From Bilabrum cf. latius (taxonomy: Eukaryota): a DNA stretch of 64,000 nt. Below, piece by piece: positions 11,885 to 23,372 of the stretch. Under the pieces are notes generated by a model that saw only the letters and a list, made by a program, of their open reading frames with translations, searched no databases and was not told the DNA's origin. How positions within the stretch are numbered: the stretch's first letter is position 1; the number at the start of each line of letters is the position of its first letter. The stretch is from the NCBI GenBank assembly GCA_965178125.1, contig OZ237743.1:1054001-1118000 (forward strand). The letters run 5' to 3'. The position numbers and the translations under genes are program-made.

Positions 11885-13277
11885 TCAAATGAACGGATAC
11901 GACGCATCCATCTGGATCCCGCACTGCCCAGCACCCCCGTACTGAGGCCCCCGGCCCAGCAAAATGTACCCCTGTTCGCCCCACGTGGTGCCCATAGAGG
12001 TCTTAACCTTCCAGTAGTCTTCTCCGTTGAGGGTGCCGTAGCCGACGAGCAGCATGCCAGTGTCGAGGTGGGTGCCGCATGGGGCAGTCATGACGCCGCT
12101 GTGGTAGTTCTGGAAGTTGAGCGATTGGGCAGAGACCGCCACGGAGATTGGCTGCCTGGCCACGGCTGCCATGAGGTCCTGCTCAGAGTATGCCGCTACC
12201 CGGTGGTACCCCGAGATTGGCACCCGCACCAGGCAGGGAGGCGCCATACCATTGCACCGGCAGGTGCCATCCTTGGCGGTGTAAGGGTAGTCCACGTCGT
12301 GGGTGAGGCCGAAGACCTGCTGGGCGTATTGGAAGCTCATGATCATGGTGCCTCCCTCGCAACCGTTGTTCGTGTAGTTCGTGTTCGGTCCAGAGCAGTC
12401 AATGATCTGCTGCACGGACAGGGTGATTACCGGCCCACCGTTTACGATGAAGTCAAGGCCCTCCATGGCACCTGCCGCAGAGAACGCGTAGTCGGACCCG
12501 CACTGGCCCTGGTCCTAGACCGGGGTGACGGCACCTGTGACAAAAGGAATACAATTCATTAATCACGATTAATACAATCATTGGTGCATGTCATGGCGGC
12601 TAGTTTGCTGCACATGTGTTCGGCCGGGTTGGCCAAGACGCCAAGCACTTCAATCTGGGCCATATGACAAAAATATATTACTTAAGCGGGTGGACACCAG
12701 ACGTATCAAACATCATTATCTTTAGGATCAAAAGCACAAAAAGCGATCAATATGCCCTTAAGGCGGCCAAACTCTGTAGGTGGCAATACAACTTCGGACA
12801 CGAAATCGGCCGGTCCGAGCACGGAGTGCTCCAGGGCCAGCATTGGAATCTTTGGAGTGCTAGCAAGCGCAAGCAATACATACGCCATATTCGTGTCTCA
12901 CCTGCTGCGGTCCAATCTACCGATGGCGGCAGGCTGCCCTGCCCCTGCGTCCGACGGACACTGCCGGTCTCGGCCGCAGTCGCGTTGGGAACCGTGCCTC
13001 GGAAGCCTCCGGTGTAGATGGCGGTGAACTCCTCGTTCGTCAGATCCGAGAAGGCATTCAGGCCCATGGTCCACGACAGACCCTTGGCGTTGTGCTCCTC
13101 GACGGCCTCGGCGTTGGCCGAGAAGACCTCGAGGCGGCGTTGGGCCTCCTCGCCCTCGTAGGTCTTGCCGTGCTGGGCGGCCCATTGCGTGAACTGGGCC
13201 ATGCGGTCCTTGGTGCTTGCAGCCATGGCAGTGAAAGCTGCGATGGCTGCGATGATGGCGGTGCAGGCGGTCTTCAT
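11885..13277 (-). CDS. Papain-family pseudoprotease copy C, exons 13277-12902 and 12534-11885, ~341 aa
   Basis: Same exon structure as A and B. VTPV(TAG)[12 protein letters not shown] with TAG at 12515. Stop is TGA. Confidence 0.88.
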
Positions 13278-14082
13278 GCTTGTCGTTGGCGATGTCCTGT
13301 TGGGCTGCGGTGCGGTAGCGACTGCGAGAAATGAGTACTGTACACAAGCGTGCACGGAACTTGGAATCATGGATTGCCCGAAGAATGGATTATGTACACT
13401 CAAGGGGGCCAGCCCTGGCAGTGGCTGCCGGTACAGCACGTGATCGGACTGGTCTGGGCTGGCCTGGTCGCCTCATCATTGCCTGTGGTATCTACCCGGC
13501 CAAATCAGCTGCTCAACATACAAGTCGTTCTTCTTGGAGCTTGCATGTAATTACATGACTGCCTTTGCACTTGCGGGGGCACCCACTGGCAGTTGGTAGT
13601 CGCAGGAGTGCGATCCACGGACTAGCAACAGACTGAATTCAAGGAAACAGCTTGAAGCAAAAAATCAACGGAATCAAAAACACAAGACATGTTGCCTTAC
13701 ATGCGTAGGGCTGAGGTCTGCTGTATCCACGGAATGAAGGCTGCGCACCACTATCCCGGATCGTCCGTCGGTGGGGGATCTGATATATGAGAAAATGCTC
13801 AAAAGCGCACGCTATCACGAAAGCCCGGCGAATTAGTCTTTGCTCTGTTCCCAAATTCAGGCAAACCATGAATTCTAGGGCAAGAGGCTGCGCGCACAAG
13901 GTGCTCTTCGGTGTGCCGCAGCAGGGCAAAAAGCCGAAAACAACAAAATGAAACAAAGATTCGCGCCCTGTCACACGCCCCGCCAGAATCATGGGCGTCA
14001 ATTGTGGGTTGTGTGAAGTACGTTGTATGGAGAATATACTTGCTTGGTTAGGTTCTGAGGCTTAGAACGAATGCACGTGAAA

Positions 14083-15159
14083 TCACGTCATATTCCCCCG
14101 TTGAGACAGTAGCTTGAAGCTTGAGTCTTCAGTAGAGTCGTCGTCGCTCTCGGATGTTGACGTCATCTCCGCCCCTTCTCTGCGAGACCCAGTCGATGCG
14201 AATGCCAGCTTGCCAGCTCCATGTCCACTGGCGCGTCCCACGCTGGACCCATGCCCGCCCCCTTGCGATGATTCGCCACTGGTAGTAGCGACTCCCGATC
14301 TTGATGCATCTCGCGAGACTTCGCTGGGAAGCGCTGGCAATCCATGGCTGGACTCCATAGAGTGCTCCGGAAGCAAACCGAGCAAGTTGCCTCCTGTGGC
14401 AGCAGGTCGGTAGTACCCCGGTGGCAGCGTTAGCACCCTAGGAGTCCCGTCCTGGCATCTAGTTGCGACTGCGCTTCCTGTGGGCTGGTCTTGAGCCAAA
14501 GCAGGCGACCCCTCAGGCAAGCTGCCTGACGAGGACCGGGGCACTACCTGCGACAAGGATTCGCTGCTGGTGTACCCGCCCTTGTCCGTGGAGCAAGACT
14601 GCGTCTCTAGCGACTGCCTGGAGTCTCCCGAAATGTGAGCCATGCCGAGCCGGCTTCGGATTTCTAGCCTGCTGTCAGCAGTAGTGCCGAGGCCGGTCGT
14701 CTGGGCGTCACGTAGATCAGCAAACGGAGTTCCTATCGATGATCGCGCCGCATTGGCGCCAGCAGGCGGCGGCATATACGCATGAGGCATTTGTGGTGGT
14801 ACCATGCGGGGATTTAAGGGATGAAGTAGCCTTGCTTGCTCGTATGCATCGGTTGCCGCGCCCGCCGGCAGTGCCCTTCCGGTAAACGGACCTGGCGGTC
14901 GAATCGCATCTTCTATTGAAGCTGGCTCTAGACAGCTATATCCAGCAATATCTCGGATGGCTCCTTCGAGCCCTCGGATGGCTCGCTGGGCTTCCTTTAT
15001 TCTCCTAGCCACAGATATGATCTGGCTTTCGCTAGGCTGCTATTCGCCGCGTGCTGCATCACCAATACGAGCCTGCAGCTCGTCAGACAGGCCCAAAGCA
15101 TCTCCCCACTCTGCTGAACTCACGTCAATGTCCTCTATGCGCCTGTTATCGTCTTGCAT
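14083..15159 (-). CDS. Hypothetical protein, ~358 aa, N-terminal coiled coil then Ser/Gly/Pro-rich
   Basis: ORF 14083-15012 extends upstream through one TAG to an ATG at 15159 (MQDDNRRIED...). Stop is TGA. No family recognised. Confidence 0.55.
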
Positions 15160-15482
15160 TCTTTTTTTGTCGCAATTGTGAACTCGACGGCCGGCGTCGG
15201 CGATGCCAGCAGCATTCTGTCGGCAGTGCCGTGCAGTACCCTCGGCACAAGGGGCTGGCTTGTCGGAGGCAATTCACTGATCTCACAGGGACAATGTTTG
15301 TATTTTGGGGCGTAAAAGCAATATAGTTCATTATTTCAGTGGCAATCAACTGGATCTGGACGGTGGGAGTCAGGGCCTCGGCCGAGAATCGCAAGCTTGC
15401 CAGTGGTCGCCACGCAAGCCAGCATCAAAACCGGAACAATAGAGCGGAACCGCAAAGGGGACGGCGAGTCGGCGATACCACA

Positions 15483-16646
15483 TCACCCTTCCGAATCGGA
15501 TGCTGCGGACGCGTCGCTCGCTACCCGGCTGGTAGAACGGCTATAGCGCACATCACCATAGTCTCCATCGCCGCTAGCATCCAGGCTTACCGGCGGCGCT
15601 CCACCGGCAGTACTGCCTTCAGCTCCTCCTTGTCTTTCTTCAGTTCCGCTTGCATCCTTGGGGCGCGCAACATGCAGCAGCTCAAGCAAGGAGTCCTCGG
15701 GCGATTGCTATCCCGTGATAGAGGCGGACGGCAGCATGAGCCCCTCGGCTTGGTCAGAATCTGGCTGTCGGTCCTCGGAGTGGAGCTACATGAGCCCCTC
15801 GGCTTGGTCAGAATCTGGCTGTCGGTCCTCGGAGTGGAGCTACATGAGCCCCTCGGCTTGGTCAGAATCTGGCTGTCGGTCCTCGGAGTGGAGCTATGGC
15901 GGGGATTGCGGAGCGGTTGGCACTGGCATTGAGACTCGGTGGACTTCAACACGTTGCCCTGCGGTGCCAGCACTGCCATCAGCGCCATTAGCGGCAGCAC
16001 ATGCACCAGCGCCAGTGCCATCAGCGCCAGCGCCACCAATATCATCAGCGCCAGCTCCAGCTCCAACACCACCAATAGTATTAGTGCCAGTCCCAGCGGG
16101 TGGTCCACGCTCAGGCATCGTGACGCTCCGCAGGCTCGTAGCTCTCGGTCCCTCGGAACAGGTCGGCATTGCGCCTCTAACGCTGGACGAAGAGGCGATC
16201 GCTGCCCCACTCGGTGGCCCGATAGGCTGCTCCGCCGCGACTTTAGAACCTAATGGCGTGGAGGTACTGGCTGGGACGCCGGTGTGGCCTGCAGTTGCGG
16301 TGCTTGGTGCTGAGCTGGACGGGACTTCCGATGCGGTGTTGCCAGCCGGAGCGCCGCTTCCAGCGTGACAGCTGGATTGCTCCACTTTCAGACGATCGCC
16401 AGGCTTGCTATTTATCTTGGGTTCAAGCACTGCCTCGAGTGCCTTTTGCAGACTTCCGACTGCGCGTCGGGCCGCCCGAATGGATCTTCGCACTTGTCGT
16501 AGGTCCGATCGTTGCACCTCGTCTGTGGACCTATCTGCCGCGTCTAGGTTACTCATCAGCAATTTAGACTGGTCCAAAATGCTGAGACGTGCCTCAACGG
16601 CTGCCGTCTCGGCAACCTCTGGGTCTGCTGCTGGTGGCCGAGCCAT
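15483..16646 (-). CDS. Hypothetical low-complexity protein, ~387 aa, with an 18-aa repeat
   Basis: ORFs 15894-16646 and 15483-15689 join in frame across four TAGs. Stop is TGA. Confidence 0.55.
15735..15896. repeat. 54-bp tandem repeat x3 (on the minus strand QLHSEDRQPDSDQAEGLM, first Q encoded by TAG)
   Basis: catgagcccctcggcttggtcagaatctggctgtcggtcctcggagtggagcta occurs three times. Confidence 0.93.
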
Positions 16647-16981
16647 CCATCACTTGCTGCCAGAATTTTCCCGATCTCGAGGCAACGGGCAAGCCGCTGT
16701 GAATCTCGTGCACTGCTTATTAGTGGTATCACCTGATTTCAGCAAGCTGCCATTCAGCCGGCAAGGCGCGCCCTGGTGGCAAAGGGCGTGCTGTGCCCCC
16801 GGCCCTTGATGAGCGAGCCGCTGACGTGACGTTGGGGACTCACCGAAGGGCCGAGGCCGGCACGCGCAGGTTCGGTGGAAGCCGATGCGAGGCGCCTAGC
16901 GCAATTTTGAGCCAGCACAACCAGCAAATCATCGATAAATGAACAACATGTCGCATTTTAGCATGTCCACGATTGGTCAAT

Positions 16982-19055
16982 TCAGCTGTAGTTGGTCCAC
17001 ACGCCCTCCAGCTCCAGGTACTCCTGCAGGCCCAGGGACACGGAATCATCGCCACGAGGCGGCCAGTCGCCTCCCCCTAGCTTCGTGGCAGCCTCCCTGA
17101 TCCTTTCCCCCACGGTCGCGGGCAGCTCTTCCATCCACTGCAACATGCCAATGGAACTCTCCTGCAGCAGAGGCGCAGGCTGCGACCCCGACCCCGACCC
17201 CGCGGTCTGCCTCGGGAAGGGGAACTCGGAGCACGAAGCAGAGTGGGAAGAGGGACCACCTGGCAGAGTGGCAAACCACGCGAGCGCTTCCGCAGTCAGC
17301 TGCTGCACGGTACCCGCCAGGGACGGATCCCCCGCGATGTTCTGCATCTCGGGCGGCATGCCCTGGAGCGCCGAGGATCCGCGCGGCGCGTTGGGGCCGA
17401 GCTCGTACAGCTCCAGGCGGGCGCTCGCGTTCGCTAGCACGGCCGCCGTCCGGGCGCACTCGTCACACTCATTGGCAGTGAGATCGTCGGGCCCATTGCA
17501 CACCAGTGCGCTGCACCTGTCCAGCTCCTGCCCGACGGCGAGCGCGAGGGCGCCACCGGCATACATACCCGCGGGGGGATCGATGAGCAGCTTGTGGGTC
17601 TCTGCTCGCACCGAGAGCCTCGGCGCCACGTTCCAGCAGTGCCCCGACACGCCGTAGCGCCACTCGTTCAAGATGCTCCGGTTGCGGGGGATGGCCCTCG
17701 ATTCCGAGTCCTTGCGCAGGAGCACGTTTGACCGGTCCACCCCGTCGATGGCCGACAGGGTCTCCTAGGGCAGGGGCACCCCCGCGATGGCGGCGGCCGT
17801 GGGCATCCAGTCGACCGCCGCGAAGAGGCTTGGGTCCACCGCGCCCTCTCTCACGTTCCCCGGCCACCTGACGATGAAGGGCAGCCTGGTGCCTCCCTCG
17901 TACAGGGACCTCTTCCTCCCCCTGAAGGGGCCCTGGGTGGCGGCGCCGTTGACGAACACCGCCGGGTCTTCGGGGCCGTTGTCCGTGCTGAAGATGATGA
18001 GCGTGTCGTTGAGGATGCCCAGGGTGTCCAGGCCGTGGAGGAGGTGCTTGAGGTCAGTGTCCGCGCTGGTCTATGAGGCCGCCATGATCAGCGGACCGCA
18101 GACGGTCTGGTTGTAGGCAGGGTTGGACGCTGCCTTGCGACATAGCCGGGTGGGGTCGAATGGGGCCATCTACTCCGGCGTGGGGTTGAGGTCGGCGTGA
18201 GACATGTGCAGCCACGTGTTCACGTAGAACGGCTTTTGTTCCCTGACCGCCGTCTCGATGAACTTGACCGTGTGGTTGACGGCGAGCGCTGTCGTCGTGG
18301 CGTCCCACCACGAGTTGTTGCATACCGGGGGGGGCGCGTGAGGGACAGGGCAGGAAGGGTCCAGTGGAGGAGCTGCAGGGTCGTCCCTGATGGAATCGAA
18401 GGTGGCAGAGTCGTCGAGCCCGTAGGCTACGGGGGGAGGAGCGGGCGGGTTCTGCGTCGCGCCGCAGTGCCACTTGCCATAGTGCGCCTGCGGCAGCAGC
18501 AAGGCAGACAAACAAAGAGAGCAATGTAAAGTATGCGGAAATAAGACCAGCGAATACCGGGCCAAGCGGAAGGAGGCAAGCGTAGCAGTGCAGCGTAGCT
18601 CTAGCAAAACACGAAGTGCAGCGGAGCTTGAACGCAGTGCGAGCCGAAGGCGATCGTTGACTCACTGTGGCCCACCCATGGTCATGAAGATGCGACATAA
18701 TGTTCGTCACGTTGGTATCCAGGTAGTTCGCCTGGCCTATGGCCTCATTTGTCTTTGCATTCGAGTTGAGCGCTGTGTGGATACGCAGCTCGGCGGGATA
18801 CCTGCCAGTGATCCATCCCACTCTGCTCGGGGAGCATACGGGACTTGCGCTATGATAGTCCGTATAGATCGTGCCCGCCGCAGCAAATTCGTCAAGGACG
18901 GGAGTCTTTACGTGCGACGGTGAAGCTTTACTGCCGTACGCTTCGATGTCACCAATTCCCCAGTCATCCGCAAGCACGAAAATGATGCCTGCCGGTGCAG
19001 CCCGTACCCGTACACCACATACCACGAGACACATCGCTGCCAGCAGCCCTCGCAT
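16982..19055 (-). CDS. Secreted formylglycine-dependent sulfatase (arylsulfatase/GalNAc-6-sulfatase-like), exons 19055-18666 and 18487-16982, ~631 aa
   Basis: Signal peptide, IIFVLADDWG, CSPSR (CxPxR), the spliced WAT|AHYGKWHCG, IIFSTDNGP, GRKRSLYEGGTRLPFIVRWPG. In-frame TAG at 18170, 18071 and 17765. Stop is TGA. Confidence 0.9.
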
Positions 19056-19244
19056 GTCGGATGGCTGAGTGGAAAGTGTTCTCTGGTGACAAGTCTGGTG
19101 ACAATCTGATTATCAGATTCTGATAAACTCAAAAGCACACGCTATCTGCATTGTGAATGTACAGTGCTATTTCGTGGCGGAAGCCAGCAGCTGCAACTAC
19201 GTGAATCCAGCGATAGTCTCGCCTACCTTGGGTACCTGGGCGCA

Positions 19245-21350
19245 ATGCGCCTCGCTTCAGTTGCTCTAGCGATACTATCTATATCACTAGCAAAGGAGGA
19301 TGCCCAAAATGTAGCAGAGGACTACTTGCTGGCTTCAATCTATCCGCCATGGCTAGCTGTGAGCTTTGTTTTTGTCGTATTGAAGCAAAGACCAGCACAC
19401 GCGCGCGATGCAAGCGATTTGTTAGCATGAGCTTTGTTACAATCTGCTTTCATGTGCTATTTTCGTCACTGCGCGCAGGCAAGCTCCGGAGCAGGGAAGG
19501 TCATGGTTCCGTCGCTGGACAAGTGGCCCAAGCCTCCTCCGCCACCCCCTGACGGGGTCTTGGTAGGAACAAATTACCCCCCTGCGCCCGCTCCACCGCC
19601 ACCTCCACCACCTCTGAACTTGGCGGCTCAGTTTGCTGCCGCTGCGGGCGGGTCAGCCGGTGGGCCGAAATCGACGACGTCCTCTCAAGCAAAGCTCATG
19701 CAGCTAGTGGCCGAAGAATTGGTAAAGCGTGGGGTCAATTCGGACGACAGCAGCAGCAAACAAAACTTGCCCGGGACTGCGACGACGTCATTCGTGGAAC
19801 GCTCCACCAGATTCGCGTCTCGTCGCGACCGTGAATCGAGCGAGCAAACGAGCGAGCACGCGGCCAGAGCACCTTCTCGAACCCCTTCAGGCGCTGCAGA
19901 TGCGGCCAGCACAAGCGAAGTTGTGCGAGAAGCGGTTGCCGCGGCGCAGCTCCGGTTTGCAGCCCTGAACCGCGGCAGCGCCGGTGCGAGCACAGCCGTG
20001 CTGGCAGGGGAGCAGGCAGGGTCGTCCCCGGGCAAAAGCAGTGATGCAGCGGGCGGCGGCGGCCCACAGCACGTCTCGTAGGATAAGAACGGCGCGGGGG
20101 ATAGCGAAGGTGTGATTGGTAGAGCAGGGTCACAGGGGCATGGGGATGGCACCCCTGTGGATGGCACCCCGGTGGATGCAGCCATGGGTCTGGTCGATCG
20201 TTCCGCTGCGTCGGGGGTCGACGCAAGCGTTTCTGGCGAGAGCCAAGAGGACAGCGGTCCCATAGGGTTAAACCAAGCAGGAACGGCTTCAGAAAAGGCT
20301 TCCGAAAATGGCGGCGGGATCCTGGGTGCCCTGATGGGCACGAACCAGGGCAGCGCGGCCTCAAAGTCCAGCAGGGGCTCGAGGAGCTGGCGCAAGCTGA
20401 GAGGGGGGCGGCGGGTGGCACAGGGAACAATAGAGCAGGCGGATGCGGTACCACCACCGGCACGGGCTGCAGATGGCACGAATGCGAATGCGAATGCGAA
20501 TGCGAATGCGAATGCGGGTGCAGATGCGGGTGCAGGTGCGGGTGCCGGTGACAATGGTGCGGATGCTGCACGTTCTGTCGGCGCCGAGTCCTTCCTTCAG
20601 GCGGGCGCTGCAGGGAACAGTGTCAGGAGTGGGGGTCACAGTGGTGCCGGTTCGTAGCACTAGGAATCTGCCCGTGCTCATGCAGGCCACGCGATCGTGC
20701 CGGGGGTAGCAGGTGCACTGCACTCAGGTGCTCGCGCGGGCTCGGCCCACGGCAGCCGAGGCCTGGATGCAACCAGGCTCCCGCGGTTCGCGGAGGCTCG
20801 CCACTCGTCACACGGTAGGCAAACCCACTCGTCCCACGCTGGATCGACCTGGCCGCCTCCCGCGGGCATCATGCCGGCCATACAGCAGCTGCCGCCTGGC
20901 ACGCAGCAGGCGATGTTTGCATGGGCCCAAACGCTGCGGCCTGCTGCGGACGTGCCCTACGGATCGCTGGGCGCAGAGGAAGACCCGGAGGGAGTCATCG
21001 ATCCGGGCCCGGGGGGCTCCCGCGCTCGCCACAACTAGGCGATGATCGCCAAGGGCGAGCTGGACAAGCTGATCCCGCCGTTCTTCAACTATGACCCGTT
21101 CGGGACGAATGCCGAGGTGCTGGCTGGAAAAACGGGCAAGTTTTCCGATAGCACAGGAGAGCTGCACGCGACTCCAAATGAAGCCGACAAGAATGCCCCA
21201 AAGAAGGTGGGAGAATCCGGCACGCCGGACAATCTGGGGTACGACCCGCCCACATCGAGCGAGGACAAGAAGAAGAAGAAGCCAACCGGCTTGCCGGTAC
21301 ATCCGGACTACCTTGACACGTCGGCTGGGCACCTTGATCTGGTGAGCTGA
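19245..21350 (+). CDS. Putative secreted Pro/Ala/Gly/Ser-rich protein, exons 19245-19358 and 19479-21350, ~661 aa
   Basis: Signal-like MRLASVALAILSISLA and a phase-0 GTGAGC...GCAG intron. ORFs 19434, 20112, 20697 and 21042 share a frame and are joined by four TAGs. Stop is TGA. Confidence 0.6.
20481..20516 (+). repeat. (AATGCG)6 microsatellite encoding (Asn-Ala)n
   Basis: Directly visible. Confidence 0.85.
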
Positions 21351-21726
21351 GACACGGTTGGCTGCCGGTATTCCAGCTACCGGCAGTCATGGTGCGGTAT
21401 CTTTGCCAGATTTCGTGCAGTCGCATGGTATTCTAATCGATTGTTAAACATATTGTCGATGCCTGTGCTGTGTGCTCTGCAAAGACACGTAGAAAAGCAA
21501 GCACACTCGCACAAATCCGCACGGCCCAGGGAGCGACTGATGCGCCAGCTTGATGGTGACATCAGAGCTTCCATCCGGCCGAAAGTGCAAACTTGAGCCA
21601 GCCATGCCGATTCTCAATACTCCATGAGTATACGCGGCCCCACAAAACTCCCCAGAGAAGGCTGCCTTGTTGTTGCGACCAACCACTACCAGTGGCACTG
21701 CCACTGCCAATCATCAGCTGCCGCGA

Positions 21727-22926
21727 TCACGCTGATTGCGGCGACGAGCAGTCGCAATCTCGCTTCTTCCCATCGTACAGCGACAGCACGCAGCACGAAA
21801 ACATAGAGTGGCGAGGCAGAGCAATCGCATTCCTGGTGTAAAAGTTCGCGTTCTTGTAGTCGTCGTGCGAGAAGCACTCCCCGTTTATCCTCACCAGCCT
21901 CTTCGTGGTGAAGAGGTACGTGTCATAGCCCTTGCTCCTAAGCAGCTGGAACTACTTGGCCGGATGCATGTCGGTCATCTTAGACATCTTGTTGAGCTCG
22001 AAGAAAATACTCTTGACCTTTCCAGAGCCCAGCAAGTCGAACGGCGGCATCGTCATGCCCCTGAACACCTTCCCGTCGAGTCCCTCCGTGTCTACCTTCA
22101 TAAAGGGCACGTCTGCGTACATTCCCATGGAGTGGGGACCGCCGCTGGCCGTCCAATTGGACAGGGTGATGGTCTTCGTTTGGCCGAGCACCTCGTCGAA
22201 CTTCCGGTTTCCGCTTCGCTCCCTCTCCACGAGCGAGGCTCCCGTCCAATCGCTCCCCATGCCTGAATTGCCTAAAATTGGGACAGTCTATCCTTGGACA
22301 TCCCCGACCGCGGCCCGGATGACGTCGAACCGGTCCCTGGGCACCTTGAGTTCCAGCATTTTGCTCCCCAGGATGCTGGACAAATGGGGCATTATCTCGA
22401 AGAGGAAATAGCGAGAACCGGGCCACACCTTTACAATGTGTGCCGCAAAGTTGCCGATGTTGGCACCGACGTCGAGAAATGTCGAATTGGGCCCGGCCTT
22501 GGCTCCGGCATCCCGAATGGCTTCCAGGAGCCGGAGCTGGTTTCGATTCGTATCGTCCTCGTTTCCCGCCTCCGGCCTCAATACTTTCGCTGTTGCTCCC
22601 TACACGCACGGCTCGCCTGCCCACCGTGGCGGCGGCGGCGTTGCGGACGCTGACGGTGAAACAGATGGTGACGGGATCGGCGTGACCGTGGCAGTCGGCG
22701 AAATTGTTGCCGTGGGCGTCGGCCGCGGCGAAGGGGGGGCCAACGATGCAACGTGCATTGGTTTACTCGATTCTGCCACATCGTAGGCCACCAGCTATTG
22801 CTTCCCGTGGGATGTGTCCCCTGGCGTAGCACCAATTTGGGTAAGGACGACAATCATCCCGGTTATTGCAATGCCAGCTGCAAGTCCAATGGCGCAACGA
22901 ATCCCAAATATACTGGAGCACTTCAT
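21727..22926 (-). CDS. FkbM-family SAM methyltransferase with N-terminal membrane anchor and Pro/Thr stem, ~399 aa
   Basis: FLDVGANIG and FMKVDTEG motifs. ORFs 22600-22791, 22288-22581 and 21952-22260 are in one frame, joined by four TAGs. ATG at 22926, TGA at 21727. Confidence 0.75.
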
Positions 22927-23372
22927 GATGTGCTCTCCGAAGAATCGGTCGCACGATCTCCGGCAAAGAAAAAGTGTCGGGGAGCTGCAACGGATGCTCT
23001 AATCGACCCAAACTGCCAGGTGGTGGTCGCGCGTTGACGACTCCGATGAGCTCAAATAAAACGTAAATTCAAAGGGCCGCAGGGATTGCCCTGAAGGGAA
23101 AGGCTATCTGTGCCGCCTGATGGATCTAGAGGTTGTACATAGCGAGGCTCCGAATGGAACCGAACGGTACTCCACATATGGGCCTATCCACCACTGGATT
23201 GACACAAATCACAATCTTAAATAGCAATCCGTTTTAAGGTGAACTGGTCGTTCCATTGCACAGGTGTTACCCTGCCCACCTGATAGACTGAAGATAAGAT
23301 CAATCAGCAACCCTAAAGCGCAGAAGTCAGAATGAAACGATCATTTAGTATAATGAGTGTGCTTTCTCAAAT

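Noticed and set aside
15735-15896. CRISPR-like array (also 2327-2480)
   Set aside because: Head-to-tail repeats without unique spacers, lengths are multiples of 3 inside coding sequence, and the context is eukaryotic with no cas genes.
21444-21710. Small minus-strand ORF of 88 aa
   Set aside because: No recognisable motif and it lies in the probable 3' UTRs of convergent genes, so it cannot be supported.
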